A stretch of DNA of 63,605 bases, the filler included, from Licmophora abbreviata (Eukaryota), in the NCBI GenBank assembly GCA_900291995.1. It is 13 parts of 13 records of this genome, joined end to end, with 100 filler letters (N's around TTAATTAATTAA, not from the genome) between each part and the next. Parts side by side here need not be neighbours in the genome. Positions count along the whole stretch, not along the records: positions 46,213 to 47,888 come from OLMU01002532.1; positions 47,989 to 50,916 come from OLMU01002533.1; positions 51,017 to 54,041 come from OLMU01002534.1; positions 54,142 to 57,085 come from OLMU01002535.1; positions 57,186 to 61,796 come from OLMU01002536.1; 8 more parts are not named here. The stretch is one strand, 5' to 3'. A program made the position numbers and the translations under genes. Under the pieces are notes generated by a model that was given only the letters and a program-made list of their open reading frames with translations, had not been told where the DNA came from and made no database searches. Positions 46,217 to 58,392 of this stretch are shown here, in pieces. Every line of letters begins with the position of its first letter. The stretch's first letter is position 1.

Positions 46217-47527
46217 ATGGCAAGAATGTTGAATCTTATCTGCATTTCGGCAATTGTGGGTGCCTCGGTTCATGCCTTTGCACCTGGGCAGCAACATCAG
46301 CATCGTCAAGGCCATCAGCAGCGACTTCAGCATGCCCTTTCTCCCTTGCGTTCGGTCAGCACGGACGACAATGGTGGTCTTGTCCGCCGTGACTTTTTGT
46401 CGGCGACCTCTGTCTCACTGCTAGGACTACTGGTGCAGCAGCCACAGGCTGCGTCGGCCAAGGTCTTTTTGGATCCAGCCATGTATGGCGATCAAGAGAA
46501 CCGCGTGGCGGCAGTCGATACCTTGCGAGAACGAGTGAGGCGTGCGATTCTGAAAGATCCGCCGCTCGCTGCGTCCTTCTATCAGCTAGCTTTGTTGGAT
46601 GGACTCACGTACAATCAGGCAACGACCGACGGAGGTCCTGATGCGAGTATTATGAAACTGGTGTTTTCATCGAAAGAGACAGATGACTACACCCAGGGTC
46701 TGCAAAAGGCGGCCAGTACATTGTTGGATAGTGCTGTAGCGCTGAAGCGCTTTTCGGCCATTACTGTTGCTGATACCATTGCAATTGGAGGGGCAGAAGC
46801 CGTCAATTCTATCGGTGGGCCTGTATTGCCCGTTCAATTGGGTCGGACAGATGCGCTGAAGACAGCCAAGCCACCGTCCTTGTCCCTAGACCTGCTTTCT
46901 GGAAAAGCGAGTCCCTCGGAAGTCACGCAAGCCTTCAAAAAGGCGGGTTTGACGGAACGCGAAATGACATGCTTGTTGGGCGCGCTCCTCACAGTAGAAA
47001 CTGTGCAATCACAGGTCGAGCCAAATGATTCTCCTCAGTCAGAACGACGCAAATACCGAGAACGAGGCAAGATGGGACGCATGTCAGAATTCAAGCGTCT
47101 CACGGAAGACGAAATTGCGCGAATGGAGGATGAGTACGACGAAGACCCGGATGATGGCTGGTATATTGCTGACAGCTTTGGAACAAGGGAACAAGCGTTT
47201 GGTGAGCGTATCGGGAAGGAAACAATCAGTGAAAAGACCTTCAACAAGTACTTGCAGGCTTTAAACGGTGGCAGCGACAGGAAAGGTGGCAGCGTTGACA
47301 AGGCCAGCTATGGATGGGTCGCGTACGTTCTGTTGGACGATAGCGCGCCGGTGGCACAGTCGTGGCTCAACAAGTACGCCTCGTCCAATCTCGCATACTT
47401 GAAGGATCTGGGCGTTGCCTTTAATGCCGTTACGCAGCTAGGCGCCGAGTTTACTGGTGGAAAGTACGAAAATCTGCTCAAGGATCGAAAGCGAAAGAGT
47501 CTCAACGACGACGATATCAAGTTTTAG
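46217..47527 (+). CDS. Thylakoid-lumen ascorbate-peroxidase-like protein (TL29/APX4-like)
   Basis: Signal peptide VHA-F, Tat motif RRDFL, ASA cleavage site; APX-fold segments 'LALLDGLTY..DGGPDASI', 'ADTIAIGGAEAV..GGP..LGRTDA', 'F..AGL..REM'. Confidence 0.75.
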   Translation: MARMLNLICISAIVGASVHAFAPGQQHQHRQGHQQRLQHALSPLRSVSTDDNGGLVRRDFLSATSVSLLGLLVQQPQAASAKVFLDPAMYGDQENRVAAVDTLRERVRRAILKDPPLAASFYQLALLDGLTYNQATTDGGPDASIMKLVFSSKETDDYTQGLQKAASTLLDSAVALKRFSAITVADTIAIGGAEAVNSIGGPVLPVQLGRTDALKTAKPPSLSLDLLSGKASPSEVTQAFKKAGLTEREMTCLLGALLTVETVQSQVEPNDSPQSERRKYRERGKMGRMSEFKRLTEDEIARMEDEYDEDPDDGWYIADSFGTREQAFGERIGKETISEKTFNKYLQALNGGSDRKGGSVDKASYGWVAYVLLDDSAPVAQSWLNKYASSNLAYLKDLGVAFNAVTQLGAEFTGGKYENLLKDRKRKSLNDDDIKF

Positions 47528-47687
47528 AAAGAAAGTGGGGCGAGAGGACATCATAGCTATAAAAACTACCGGTAGTCGCTAGCATACACACTGAGTACTT
47601 GAGTGGCAGAACAGCACCGAAGTTTCATTATCAAGGAGCCCACATACAACGCTGTCTCTACCCTGCGTACTCGTGAGATGCGCCTCA

Positions 47688-48324
47688 TCATCGTATTCGG
47701 CCCAGCTGATCGTACAGAGTGGCCATTCGAATGTCCAGCCGCCCTTCCTCCATGTGGGGTGGCTTGTCGGACGAAGACATGAGCAAAGGCTGAACGGGCG
47801 TATAGGGAGCCTGGAGAGCTGTGTTTTGTCGCTGGATGTGACAAAGATCTGCCAGCATGCCTGCCGACATGTCGGGATACTCGAGCATNNNNNNNNNNNN
47901 NNNNNNNNNNNNNNNNNNNNNNNNNNNNNNNNTTAATTAATTAANNNNNNNNNNNNNNNNNNNNNNNNNNNNNNNNNNNNNNNNNNNNCATCGACGATGC
48001 CGATGGCGAAGCAGAGGAGTCACGACGCTGTGACTCAGCCTGCACCAGTACTTGAGCCTTGGACACCAGTCCAAAAGGTTCTGTTTGAGTAGGAGCTGCA
48101 AGAGGCAGCGCTCGGGGCTGCTGTACCGCCGGGGGCGGTGGAGGGGGCAGAGAGGGAGGCGGCGGGGGTGCCGTGGTCGTCGTCCCAGGCGGGGGATCCC
48201 ACCTCGTTTCACCCGTCGTCGGATTCGCAAAGTACGGCCTTCCAGAGCTCACATCGCTCGCTCTGACCCAACCAGCGGGCAATATCATGGAGTTTGGGGG
48301 ATTTTGAAGCGAATAAGGTTGCAT
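47688..48324 (-). CDS. WW-domain protein (N- and C-terminal parts probably flank a gap)
   Basis: 'LPAGWVRASDVSSGRPYFANPTTGETRWDPP' plus polyproline; the ORF 47688-47888 after the linker is a plausible C-terminus. Confidence 0.65.
47889..47988. other. Artificial contig linker
   Basis: N44-TTAATTAATTAA-N44. Confidence 0.97.
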
Positions 48325-48794
48325 GGCACGGGTCGCTCCTTTCCTTTTGTGCTCGCCGTCATCGGCACCATTCTTGTCGCTGTGTGATGTGCCAAACCTC
48401 TCGGTCTCTCGTCGTCGTCGTCGTCCTCGGCCACAAGGCCAAAGCGCGCGGCGCTTTTTTCGCGCGACAACGACTTCATCTCGTCTTCCTAGTCTATCTC
48501 TCCCCGGTCCAAGGTGCATGCCGGTAAATGAATGCATCACCTCATTGCAAGCTTCAACGCCCACTCTGGAAGGCAGTAGAGCGGCATGAGCGAAGGAATC
48601 AACGCTTATCATGTGTCTTCCTATAGTATGTACTCGAGTACACTACAGTGGACTGTGCAGACTGTATCGACAAAAGTTCACAAAGAAGTAGTGTCTAGAG
48701 AGGGTTCGGTGGACTCAATTTCACGCTGTGTATTCTACCTAGCTCTGTCCCACCACCTAGCCTTCCATTCTATACGTGCTGCTTCTCATCTGTG

Positions 48795-49397
48795 TTAGTC
48801 TCTCTTGTTTTCATCATCGTCAATGCCCGTAGTTCGATTGATTCCAAGTACCCGCACCCCCGTCATGAAATCCATCTTGGCCAGGATACAAACTATCCAC
48901 ACCGCGATATTATAGACGCAAAGAAGCAGATCGTAGTGCCCAAAGTGACAGGCAAAATAGCAGAGCAAGGTCGGAACCACCAACAAGGCACGCCGCACAA
49001 CATGAGTACCAGACGTACTCTCCAGTTGCTCCCACAGAGTCATGGCATTCATCTCGCCTTGTTCATAGAAATTGGGAGACCCCTTGATCCAATGTAGATA
49101 GACGGTTGTCACGAAAAAATGAACCACATGCGTCACACTAAAGCTCATGTCTACCCCCACCAAGGCCATGAAACACAGGTGGCACATGAGAATGGCACTG
49201 ATGTAGGTACCCAGCAACAGCCAGCCGCCTTTGAGCAGCCAATCCGTGTTGCGATTTCGACTCAATTCGAACGGAAGAAGATCGTTGCCATCGCCATATA
49301 AGCCAGAATAAGTTCGAGGGATGTCTTTGCTGTTCAATCGTGAGCGACGTGGTGGCGAGGCTCGTCGTGTTGGGGTGTCTCGAATCGGGGATCGCAT
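48795..49397 (-). CDS. ORMDL: ORMDL/ORM1 sphingolipid-synthesis regulator
   Basis: 'NRNTDWL..GG', 'HWIKGSP..EQG....TLWEQL', 'VVPTLL', 'AKM...GVRVLGIN'. Confidence 0.88.
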   Translation of the reverse strand: MRSPIRDTPTRRASPPRRSRLNSKDIPRTYSGLYGDGNDLLPFELSRNRNTDWLLKGGWLLLGTYISAILMCHLCFMALVGVDMSFSVTHVVHFFVTTVYLHWIKGSPNFYEQGEMNAMTLWEQLESTSGTHVVRRALLVVPTLLCYFACHFGHYDLLLCVYNIAVWIVCILAKMDFMTGVRVLGINRTTGIDDDENKRD

Positions 49398-49910
49398 TGT
49401 TGGGATTTTGGAATCGCTTGTTTCTGATCAGAGAGAATCTATTTGCCGATTTAGCTTGTGGGACAAAGACTGGATAGGAGGATGCTGTGGATCGAGAGAG
49501 CAAAGTGCCAGGCACGAATGATGAGGAAAGTTCCTGGGCTGGCCTCTATCGCCATTGATTGTGCTCTCGGCGACATTGTGGTCTTTGGCCACACTGCGAT
49601 TTTGTCGTTCCACTTCCCAGCGTGACTCCGGAGTCAATTCAATAAATGTTCTTGGAAGAAGCATGAGTACACACGCCGAGGGAGGGTATGTTCTCTGGTT
49701 GAAGGGATACGAGTTCTCTTATTGGTTCTGACACGATCTAGCCGCTCCCGAGCTCGTGAGGTGCGCGCTGAGCCGCAAAAAAGCGAGAGTGGAAAATGGA
49801 TGGAGGGCGAGCACACTCCATGAACCACCCCGGCATTGTTGTGCTAGTGTTGCTGCTGTTACTTAGTTTAGATCGTCTCTGGATTTCTTTTTACGCATCA
49901 GCTCATCATT

Positions 49911-51274
49911 ATGACGTCCATGGCATTCAATTCAGCCGCCGGGCTGTCAGGCATGCTGAAGGAAGGCCACAAGCATTGGGACAACGCTGTACTGCGCAAT
50001 TTGGAAGCGGCCGTCGGACTCTCGGACATGGTGGTGACTTCGCTCGGTCCCTTTGGACGCCACAAACTGATAGTCAATCATCTGGAGAAAATCTATGTTA
50101 CTTCAGACTGTAACACAATTCTGAGAGAACTCGAAGTCGAACATCCTGCTGCCAAGCTCCTTACCATGGCTTCGAACATGCAAGACGAAGAATGCGGCGA
50201 CGCGACCAATTTGGTGGTGAGCTTTGCGGGCGAATTGCTTCGTCAGACGCAAGATTTGATGCGCATGGGAGTGCACACGTCCGAAGTGATTGCTGGGTAT
50301 CAGGCGGCAGCGGAAAAGTTGCAAGAGCTACTTCCCGAACTCGTCTGTGACAACATTGCCGTCAGGGGGGCGAACGATACGGACATTGTCCGTGTCATTG
50401 CTCCCGTGCTTGCTGCCAAGCACTATGGTTCGCACGAAGTTTTGACGCCTCTCGTCATTCAAGCCTGTCGTACCGTCATGACGAATTCCTCTGTCCAACC
50501 GGAAGCGGTGCGTGTCGTCAAACTACTGGGAAGTTCCGTCGAACAGTCGCAGCTTGTGAGTGGATACGTCGCACAGCGCGGTGTCGAAACGACGGTAACT
50601 TCCGTCCAGGACGCCAAGATTTGTGTCTTTGCTGCTGGTGTTGAGGCGTCTTCTACCGAAGCCAAGGGAACGGTTCTGATGAAGACTGCTGAAGACTTGA
50701 AGGGCTACAACAAATCCGAAGAAGTCAAGATGGAAGAGATCATTCAGGGCATCAAGAATGCTGGTGTGAGCGTCGTCGTAACGGGAGGGAATGTCAGTGA
50801 AATGGCGCTGCACTTTTTGGAGCGCTACAAGCTCATGTGTCTACGCATGGGCAGCAAGTGGGAACTGCGTCGCTTGTGTCAAGCGACTGGTGCGACTGCG
50901 TTGGTGCGACTCGGTGNNNNNNNNNNNNNNNNNNNNNNNNNNNNNNNNNNNNNNNNNNNNTTAATTAATTAANNNNNNNNNNNNNNNNNNNNNNNNNNNN
51001 NNNNNNNNNNNNNNNNCCGCGCACGTTGGCCGAAACGGCAGGGTTGGATGCGCCCAAGATTGTGGCAGACTTGCATGCGGCTCATGCCAATGGGAAGAAG
51101 CTGGCAGGTGTTGACTTGGAAGGAGGAAAGGTTGCAGAGGAGACCCCCATCGTCGATTTACTCAACACCAAGTCGTCCGCCTTTCGACTCGCTGTGGATG
51201 CGGCCCTGACCGTGTTACGTGTCGATCAGATAATTATGAGCAAGCAGGCCGGAGCCGGGGGCCCGCCCAAATAG
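49911..51274 (+). CDS. CCT8: T-complex protein 1 subunit theta; middle part missing in gap
   Basis: 'TSLGPFGRHKLIVNHLEK', 'ECGDATN', 'TEAKGTVL', 'SKWELRRLC'; the C-terminus 'VLRVDQIIMSKQAG' resumes after the linker. Confidence 0.93.
50917..51016. other. Artificial contig linker
   Basis: N44-TTAATTAATTAA-N44. Confidence 0.97.
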
Positions 51275-51554
51275 GGAACCCGTTGAACCCTTGAGAGGGA
51301 GAGGCTTTAGAAGATACTACCTAGAAGTAATAGGTAGGACAGGTTTGTTGGATGTGGCCGAACAGGGTGCCAATTGTTTGATCGAACAAGCGCGGTTGAA
51401 CTGTGCGTGTGATTGCAATGATTGTGATGGTTTCTTGCGTCTGCCTGCCCCCCAAAAGATGCCAACTTCCACGTGGCCAACATACTGATTCCCACGTAGA
51501 ATCTACAGCGTCTCAAAGCCACAAAATCAAGCTCACAAAATCGGAAGTGTCACC

Positions 51555-52035
51555 ATGAGATTCAACGTGCTTGCCGGTGCCGCGCTATTGGTGCTCGCCG
51601 TCGCGAGTGGACAGCGATATGAGGAGAGCTATGAAGACTATTCTCAGGATAACCTGTATCATGACTACGCCATGAAGCAACAGGGTAAAGAAACTGGCAA
51701 AGGGTGAGTACTTCCTGACACGTGGAGGAACAACTGGTATGATGCCGGTTGACGTGGATTGGATCCTGGATCATAGACATGAATGAGCGCTTATCTCATC
51801 GCGTTTGCTTGTTTTAAACAGTGGAGGGTTCGGGGGTATGGTAGTTGCTAGCACTGTCGGTTGGTTCATTGGTGCCAAGATTCACTGTCGACGAATGGCC
51901 AAGAAGCTCAACACGAAACACAAGAACGAGCAAAAAGAGCTTTACACGCAGTACTACAATGATGTTTACGCGCTGCAGAACCAGAATGCCGAGCTTATTA
52001 TGGCATTGGAGCAGATGGGGGTAAAGACAAGATAA
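51555..52035 (+). CDS. Small signal-peptide, single-TM, coiled-coil protein (2 exons, ~120 aa)
   Basis: Exon 51555-51703 (MRFNVLAGAALLVLAVASG-QRYEESY...), intron 51704-51821 GTGAGT...AACAG, exon 51822-52035 in frame. Confidence 0.7.
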
Positions 52036-52465
52036 GGATGGGTGAGACAACTAAGGCAGGTGTGTGCCCCATACTATCGTCCCGCCGATGGGTGAGAATG
52101 TTGGCGTTGCTGGAGCACATACTTTGATGGAACTCGTGTGAATGCTAGAGGACTTTGCAAAAGTGCAAACAGAAGTGGAAAATAAATGCTATGTAGTGAT
52201 GGAACGTCTCCGAAATTGCAAAATGCGATTCATCGGCGATGAGTTTTTCCCGGCATTCGAACGCGAGACCCCCAGAAAACGCACGCAGAAAGACTGGATC
52301 GAAACGACATCAACAGGCTTACAAAGCCAGTCGGTGTTTCGCAGCTCTGCGGTGCACATACAAAAGAAGGAGTCGATCGAGATGAGTTATGACGGTGCCA
52401 TTCCCTCCATGGCATCCAAATGTCATATCCCGCCCGAGGCGACGGCACAGTTTCTTCTTCTCTGT

Positions 52466-53353
52466 CTAGTAATCGATGACGGCCATGACACGCCAGTCGC
52501 CGCCGTCATGCTCAATCTCTTCAAAAGGCACCGCCGCACGACGAGACGATGCATACGCTGTGTGACGCTTGACGGGCGACTCGACGTTTTCGATGTCACT
52601 TGCTTCCGCCGTACTGTTGGTGTCGTCGTCTCGCGACTTGCGTTTCTTGGAGCGAATCTTGTTGCTCTTGTTGTTGCCAGTTGTCTTCCTCTTCTTGGCA
52701 GTAGTCTTCGTCTTCGTTTTGATGCGCTCAAAGTCACCATCTTCATCGGTCGTATCGTCATTGTCCTCCGATCGTTCGTGATAGCTCTTCGGGGCCTTTC
52801 GCGCAGCTCGACGACTCGGCTTAGCCTTCTTGAGCACAGTGGTGGTAGTGCGCTTGCCCGTGCTCGCCTCGAGTGAGTTCGCATCGTCCGAGCAGGACGC
52901 GGGGTCTACATCTGAGTCGGAAGCATTGGCTCCATGCAAGGAATCGTGGCTACTACTGCGTCGAGAGGCCTTCTTGGACTGCGTCTTTTGGAAGCCTTGG
53001 GGCGCTTGGGTTTCCTATCCTCCTCCTTTACGATGAAGCAATACGTCGATCATTAGTATAAGGCACATGAGCAGCAGTCGGGCACTGTCAATGACACCAA
53101 TGATTGCAATGGTCCAGAACTTGCCACCGACAGCGATGCACACTTAGACTGTATACCGGAACTTACGTGAACAATCATATCTTCCTCATCGACACCAGGG
53201 CGACGCTTGCTGCTGCGGTGCGTACGCTCGTTCTCCTGGCCAGGCCTCCGATTGGAGTGCTTTCGGGCGCCGTGGCTTGACTCGGGATGGGCTCTTGCTG
53301 CGGTTGATGGCTTTGGTGCCGCGATTGGCGGCGTTGCGAAGGGGACGAGGCAT
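52466..53353 (-). CDS. Low-complexity basic/acidic hypothetical protein, structure uncertain
   Basis: K/R/D/S-rich ORF pieces and a GTAAGT donor at 53166; frames do not join cleanly at the 5' end. Confidence 0.35.
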
Positions 53354-54041
53354 GATGATCGATGTGTCTCGATCTCGACGATCTCTGTGACTAGAGGTGA
53401 GATCCAATGTGAGAGGGATAATGCCACAAGATGCAGGCGGGAAACCGAAATGTGAGGGACTCGGTGCCTCCGCCCGTATAGGAAGCCACACGACTGTCAC
53501 GCGAGATCATGGCACAACATCCTGGTGCCGGAATCCTGCGACAAGGACACCGAAACAACGACCGAACAGCACTCAGTCAATGCGCAACACCTGCGAACCA
53601 CTCACATTGGGTCCTAACGGTGAGGTATCCTCTTTGGATCACCTCAATATCAGCTTGAGGATAGCAATGCTGAGTTATGATGTCGCCGATGACAGAAAAA
53701 AGTGCGCGCCAACATTTTTTCTTTCGTCGACTTGATTTCGACTGATTCGACTCAAAGTGGAAGCAAGGCCAGACCACACGTGATTGTCACGCGCGTGATC
53801 GCCGAAACAAAATTCGGCGTAGAGCTCATCTCTTCTCTCTCTCACTCATCATCTGAAGAACATCGCGGATTGGGAAGAATCGAAGGTGTGCACGTTGAGA
53901 ATCGTCTCGCAATCTGTACTCCGCGTTTGACAAACCCTTATCCAGAAGTTCCGTAGAATCAAAGGATGAAGGGAACAGGGAGCGATTCGAACAGCGCCAT
54001 TGACCGGCATGGAGAAACTGAAAGCAGACGCAGCCGCATCT

Positions 54042-54141
54042 NNNNNNNNNNNNNNNNNNNNNNNNNNNNNNNNNNNNNNNNNNNNTTAATTAATTAANNN
54101 NNNNNNNNNNNNNNNNNNNNNNNNNNNNNNNNNNNNNNNNN
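54042..54141. other. Artificial contig linker
   Basis: N44-TTAATTAATTAA-N44. Confidence 0.97.
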
Positions 54142-54471
54142 TACCAGAAAAAGGTGATTCTACGTAACCTGCGTGCCCTAGATTCTTGCGCTTCACCCGG
54201 AATTGAGTCAAAGGATTCGATTCGAGGGGCAGTCCGATGCCCGGTTGGCCATGATGGCCTGTGCGGCTCCCCTCCGGCCCCTGGCTCCGCAGACAACTCC
54301 TCAGGCCTCTCCGACCGGTGTCCCAAAGAAACTAGTGTTGGAGACCGACGATGTCTAAAGGTATTAGATGTCGAGTGTACCTGGTAATGACTTCTAACAT
54401 GTACACATTACAAAAACCACACAAAATCTGCACTACCAGTACTAATCGTACTAGGATATCGTATTCTAGCC

Positions 54472-56736
54472 TTATTTGGCCTTACTCATGCTTTGAACTT
54501 TCTCAATTAGATCATCGACAACGGATGGATCCGCCAAAGTGCTCGTGTCGCCTAGTGTATCCACTTCTCCCGAAACAATCTTGCGAAGAATTCGTCGCAT
54601 GATCTTGCCACTGCGAGTCATGGGTAGATTAGGCGTAATGCAAATCATGTCGGGGGACGCAAACGGACCAATGTCTCGTCGCACCTCTTGCCTTAGCTCT
54701 TGGACTAGTTCTGGAGTTTCCTCGCTTTGCACCTCCAACGTCACAAAGGCGCATATCGCCTGTCCCTTGATATCGTGCGGTTTGGCCACCACGGCGGCTT
54801 GTGCGACGGCAGGATGTGCCACCAAGGCGCTTTCGACCTCGGCCGTACCAACTCGATGTCCGCTCACATTCAGCACGTCATCAACGCGGCCTGTAATGAA
54901 AAGATATCCATCCTTGTCGCGCATGACAGAGTCGCCCGTAAAGTAGTACCCTGGATACGGTAAGAGATATACCTTCATGAACCGCTCGTGAGCGCCGAGG
55001 CAGGTGCGAGCCATCCCCGGCCACGGTTTGCGAATCGCAAGGACACCCTCGACATTGTTTCCCTCAATCTCGTGTCCATCCACCGAATCCAGAACGACGG
55101 CGTCAATACCATACGACGGAAGAGTACAACTACCAGGCTTCATGGGCGTCACGCCGGGGATGTTGGTGACAATGTGACCGCCAGTTTCGGTCTGCCAGTA
55201 CGTGTCGACAACAGTACATTGCTTTTTACCGATATTGTCATAGTACCACCTCCACGCTTCTGGATTGATGGGTTCGCCAACACTGCCAAGGACCTTGAGG
55301 GAAGACAAATCGTACTTGGACGGAATCTCGTCGCCATAACGCATCAGACTGCGAATGGCAGTCGGAGCAGTGTAAAATACGTTGATTTGATGCCGTTGAA
55401 CCATGTCCCAATAACGTCCGGGGTCGGGATACAGCGGTGTGCTCTCAAACAGGAATGTCGTGCCTCCGTTCAACAGAGGACCATAAACCACGTATGTATG
55501 GCCAGTAATCCTGAGACAGGAGCAAGATACAACGGGTGAGACCTAGAGCCGCAGCAAAGCAAACGTCGCATCAACTTGTCTCGCATGTTGAATAACTCAC
55601 CATCCGCAGTCGGCTACACACGCAAACAAGTCACCCGGTGCCAAATCGAATGTGGTCGCCGTCGTAAAGGCAGCATAGAGCGCATACCCACCGGTTGTGT
55701 GTACCACTCCTTTGGGCATACCGGTGGAGCCTGAAGTGTACAAAATAAAGAGATTATCCTCCGCATCCATACTCTCCGGAACACAATACGGTCGCTGTGC
55801 TGCCACCAGCGGATCCATCCGTACGTCTTTCTTTTCCATCTTGTATGGCGCTTCCTCTGACTCTGCATCGTGGAATCGCTCATAAACAAACACCGTGTCC
55901 ACAATTTCACTGGAACCTTTCCAATGGCATCGTCGACAATAGATTTCAATGGGATGGACTTTCCTGCTCTAACACTCTGATCCGCTGTAACTACAAACTT
56001 GGACTGCGCGGCGGAAATTCGTTGCGCAAGTGCCTCGCTACTGAAGCCGGCAAACACGACACTGTGCACGGCACCGATTCGTGCGCACGCGAGCATCGTC
56101 ATGGCCAGTTCCGGAACCATGGGCATATAGATCGTTACCACGTCACCCTTCTTGACACCCCTACTCTTGAGAGCATTGGATATCTGCGAAGTTTTGCGCA
56201 AGACATCTTCGTACGTCAATCGACGGATATCATCGGGTTCATCGCCTTCCCAGACCATGGCAAGATCGTTCGCATTCTTCGAGTTAACATGTCGATCAAT
56301 TGCATTGTAGCAGACATTCATCTTGCCCCCAGCAAACCACGTGACATCACCGTGCTCCAAGCCTCCCCTCATGACGCGATGCGGATCAAAGGGCGTGTCC
56401 CAGTGCAAGCGGTCGGTAGCTTGCTGGGACCAAAATTTAGCAGGATTTTGAATGCTCTGTTGGTATGTTTCCTGATAACTTTTCAAAAGAACTCTTGGTT
56501 TTGGCATCATACATCGTCACATCGTCGAGGGGTGAGTGCTGCTCTTGGGCGTCGGCTGCATCGTCATCGGAGGAAGACACGGACTCGCCTGTTTTCTCTC
56601 TGCTGGCGGACGAAAATCGAGGCTTGGAAAGAAAAGGTCGGCTGGCAGAAGAGTGGTTTGGTGTCGTGAAGCCCTCCACTGCCGTCGCAAGCGACAAGGC
56701 GCATAGGATTGTCAGAGACTGCAAAGATACGATCAT
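54472..56736 (-). CDS. ACS: Acetyl-CoA synthetase (AMP-forming), plastid-targeted; two apparent frameshifts
   Basis: [18 protein letters not shown] (intron 55511-55600), [30 protein letters not shown]; signal peptide ending VEG-F; frame breaks at ~56483 and ~55914. Confidence 0.92.
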
Positions 56737-56810
56737 GGTCAGAAGTTAGTTCGCCGCCGATCACACATCTCAGCACACACGCGAGACATCATCGACGCAA
56801 TGATCGCGCG

Positions 56811-56860
56811 ATTGGAAGAGAGCGCGCGTTGTGCCAATCGAAAAGCGCATAACCTATTGG
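56811..56860. promoter_or_regulatory. Three CCAAT boxes in the ACS / NF-YC divergent promoter
   Basis: ATTGG at 56811, CCAAT at 56834, ATTGG at 56856. Confidence 0.4.
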
Positions 56861-56946
56861 ACGTCACCTCTGACCTCATCACAGACCACACATTTTGCGA
56901 ACGAAACGAAAGTTCTGTTGTTGTTCCGATTGCGCTCGCTGTCAGC

Positions 56947-57003
56947 GTTACACTTGTCAGCAGCTCACGCCACATGAACTGCTGTTACACTTGTCAGCAG
57001 CTC
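56947..57003. repeat. 20-bp perfect direct repeat
   Basis: gttacacttgtcagcagctc at 56947-56966 and 56984-57003. Confidence 0.85.
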
Positions 57004-57051
57004 CTTCCATTTACACACCCCTATTCTATTTGAACTCGGTTTCCCGCCATC

Positions 57052-58392
57052 ATGGATACCAATCCGGACCCTCCCCCCACCAAAANNNNNNNNNNNNNNN
57101 NNNNNNNNNNNNNNNNNNNNNNNNNNNNNTTAATTAATTAANNNNNNNNNNNNNNNNNNNNNNNNNNNNNNNNNNNNNNNNNNNNTTCAGGCGGCGGCAG
57201 CTCGAGGACAGCAGGCCAACATTTCTCAGGAACAGATCCAGGCTCAAGCCCAGGCCATGGTGCAGGCTGCAGCGCAAGCGCAAGCTGTCGTGGCGGCTGC
57301 CAAATCTCGTGGTGATGGACTGGTACGTCATGGCGAGGATCACGTGTGTTGTGATCTTCTCTTTCGGCGAGCGTGTTTGTTCAGGGGTACGATGGAGCAA
57401 TGATCTCTCATGTGTCTTTGTTTCCTTTCATCTTACTTACTGTCGCTTTGCCAAATTAGGTTCCCATGAGTGCTGCTCAAATTGCCGCATTGAGTCAGAT
57501 TCAAGCACAAGCCATTGTCCATGCCCGCAAGTCTTCGTCAGGAACTCCCCAAGAAGTCCAAACCCAAATTCAGATTCAAGCTCAGGCGCTTGTGCACGCC
57601 CACACCCAAGCGCAAATCGCCGCTGGAATTTACAAGGGCGACGGCTCTTCCGAGGGTAAGAAGGATGCCCCCACTGCTGCCTCCTCGTCTCTCCTAGCGT
57701 CCTTGACACCGGTTCAGTTGCAGCAACAGCAGCAGTTGTCGGCGTCGCACGAGAGTGAGCGCGATGCCATGACCGCACGCCATGCGAAGGCTTTGGGAGA
57801 ACAATCCAAGACAGAAGAGCTGGCGGCATTGGAACAAGCGCACAAACAGCAGGTGGAAGAGCTTCACGCAACCTTTCGCAAGCAGAATGCTGCTGCCGAG
57901 TACGCTGGTGTCAAGGTTACGACTGTTCCGAATCCTACCGCGCCTCAGTCGAGCGCTGCAGTTGGAGTGGCGGTGGCCATGCCCGAGACGGCCCTGGTCG
58001 GGCCCATGGACCTAGACGAGGTACCAGCTCCGTCTCCGACGTCGCCTCAGTTCCTTGCCAAGCTTTCTTCGACCCTCAACTCCTTCTGGTCTGACCAGTT
58101 GCTGTCGGTTCAGCAGATGCCGCCGGCTAGCGAACAAGACTTCAAGAACCACAACGACTTGCCTCTTGCACGAATCAAGCGCATCATGAAGTCAGACGAA
58201 GACGTCCGTATGATTTCGGCCGAGGCACCCGTCTTGTTTGCCAAGGCCTGCGAACTCTTCATCTTGGAACTGACGGTGCGCTCGTGGTCCTTCTCGCAGC
58301 ACCACAAACGACGTACACTTCAAAAGGAAGACATTCGAGAAGCCATTCAGCGTACCGATATTTTCGACTTTTTGGTGGATTGTATTCAGTAA
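57052..58392 (+). CDS. NF-YC: Nuclear factor Y subunit C (HAP5) with Gln/Ala-rich N-terminus; spans a gap
   Basis: Histone fold 'DFKNHNDLPLARIKRIMKSDEDVRMISAEAPVLFAKACELFILELT...KRRTLQ...IFDFLVD'; intron 57323-57459; candidate ATG 57052 before the linker. Confidence 0.9.
57086..57185. other. Artificial contig linker
   Basis: N44-TTAATTAATTAA-N44. Confidence 0.97.

Noticed and set aside
52142..52876. 244-aa plus-strand ORF
   Set aside because: Hydrophobic antisense translation of a K/R/D-rich minus-strand frame; no recognisable domain.
54142..54387. Plus-strand ORF remnant after a linker
   Set aside because: May be a gene 3' end, but there is no motif to support a call.
55797..56669. 290-aa plus-strand ORF
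   Set aside because: Antisense to acetyl-CoA synthetase.
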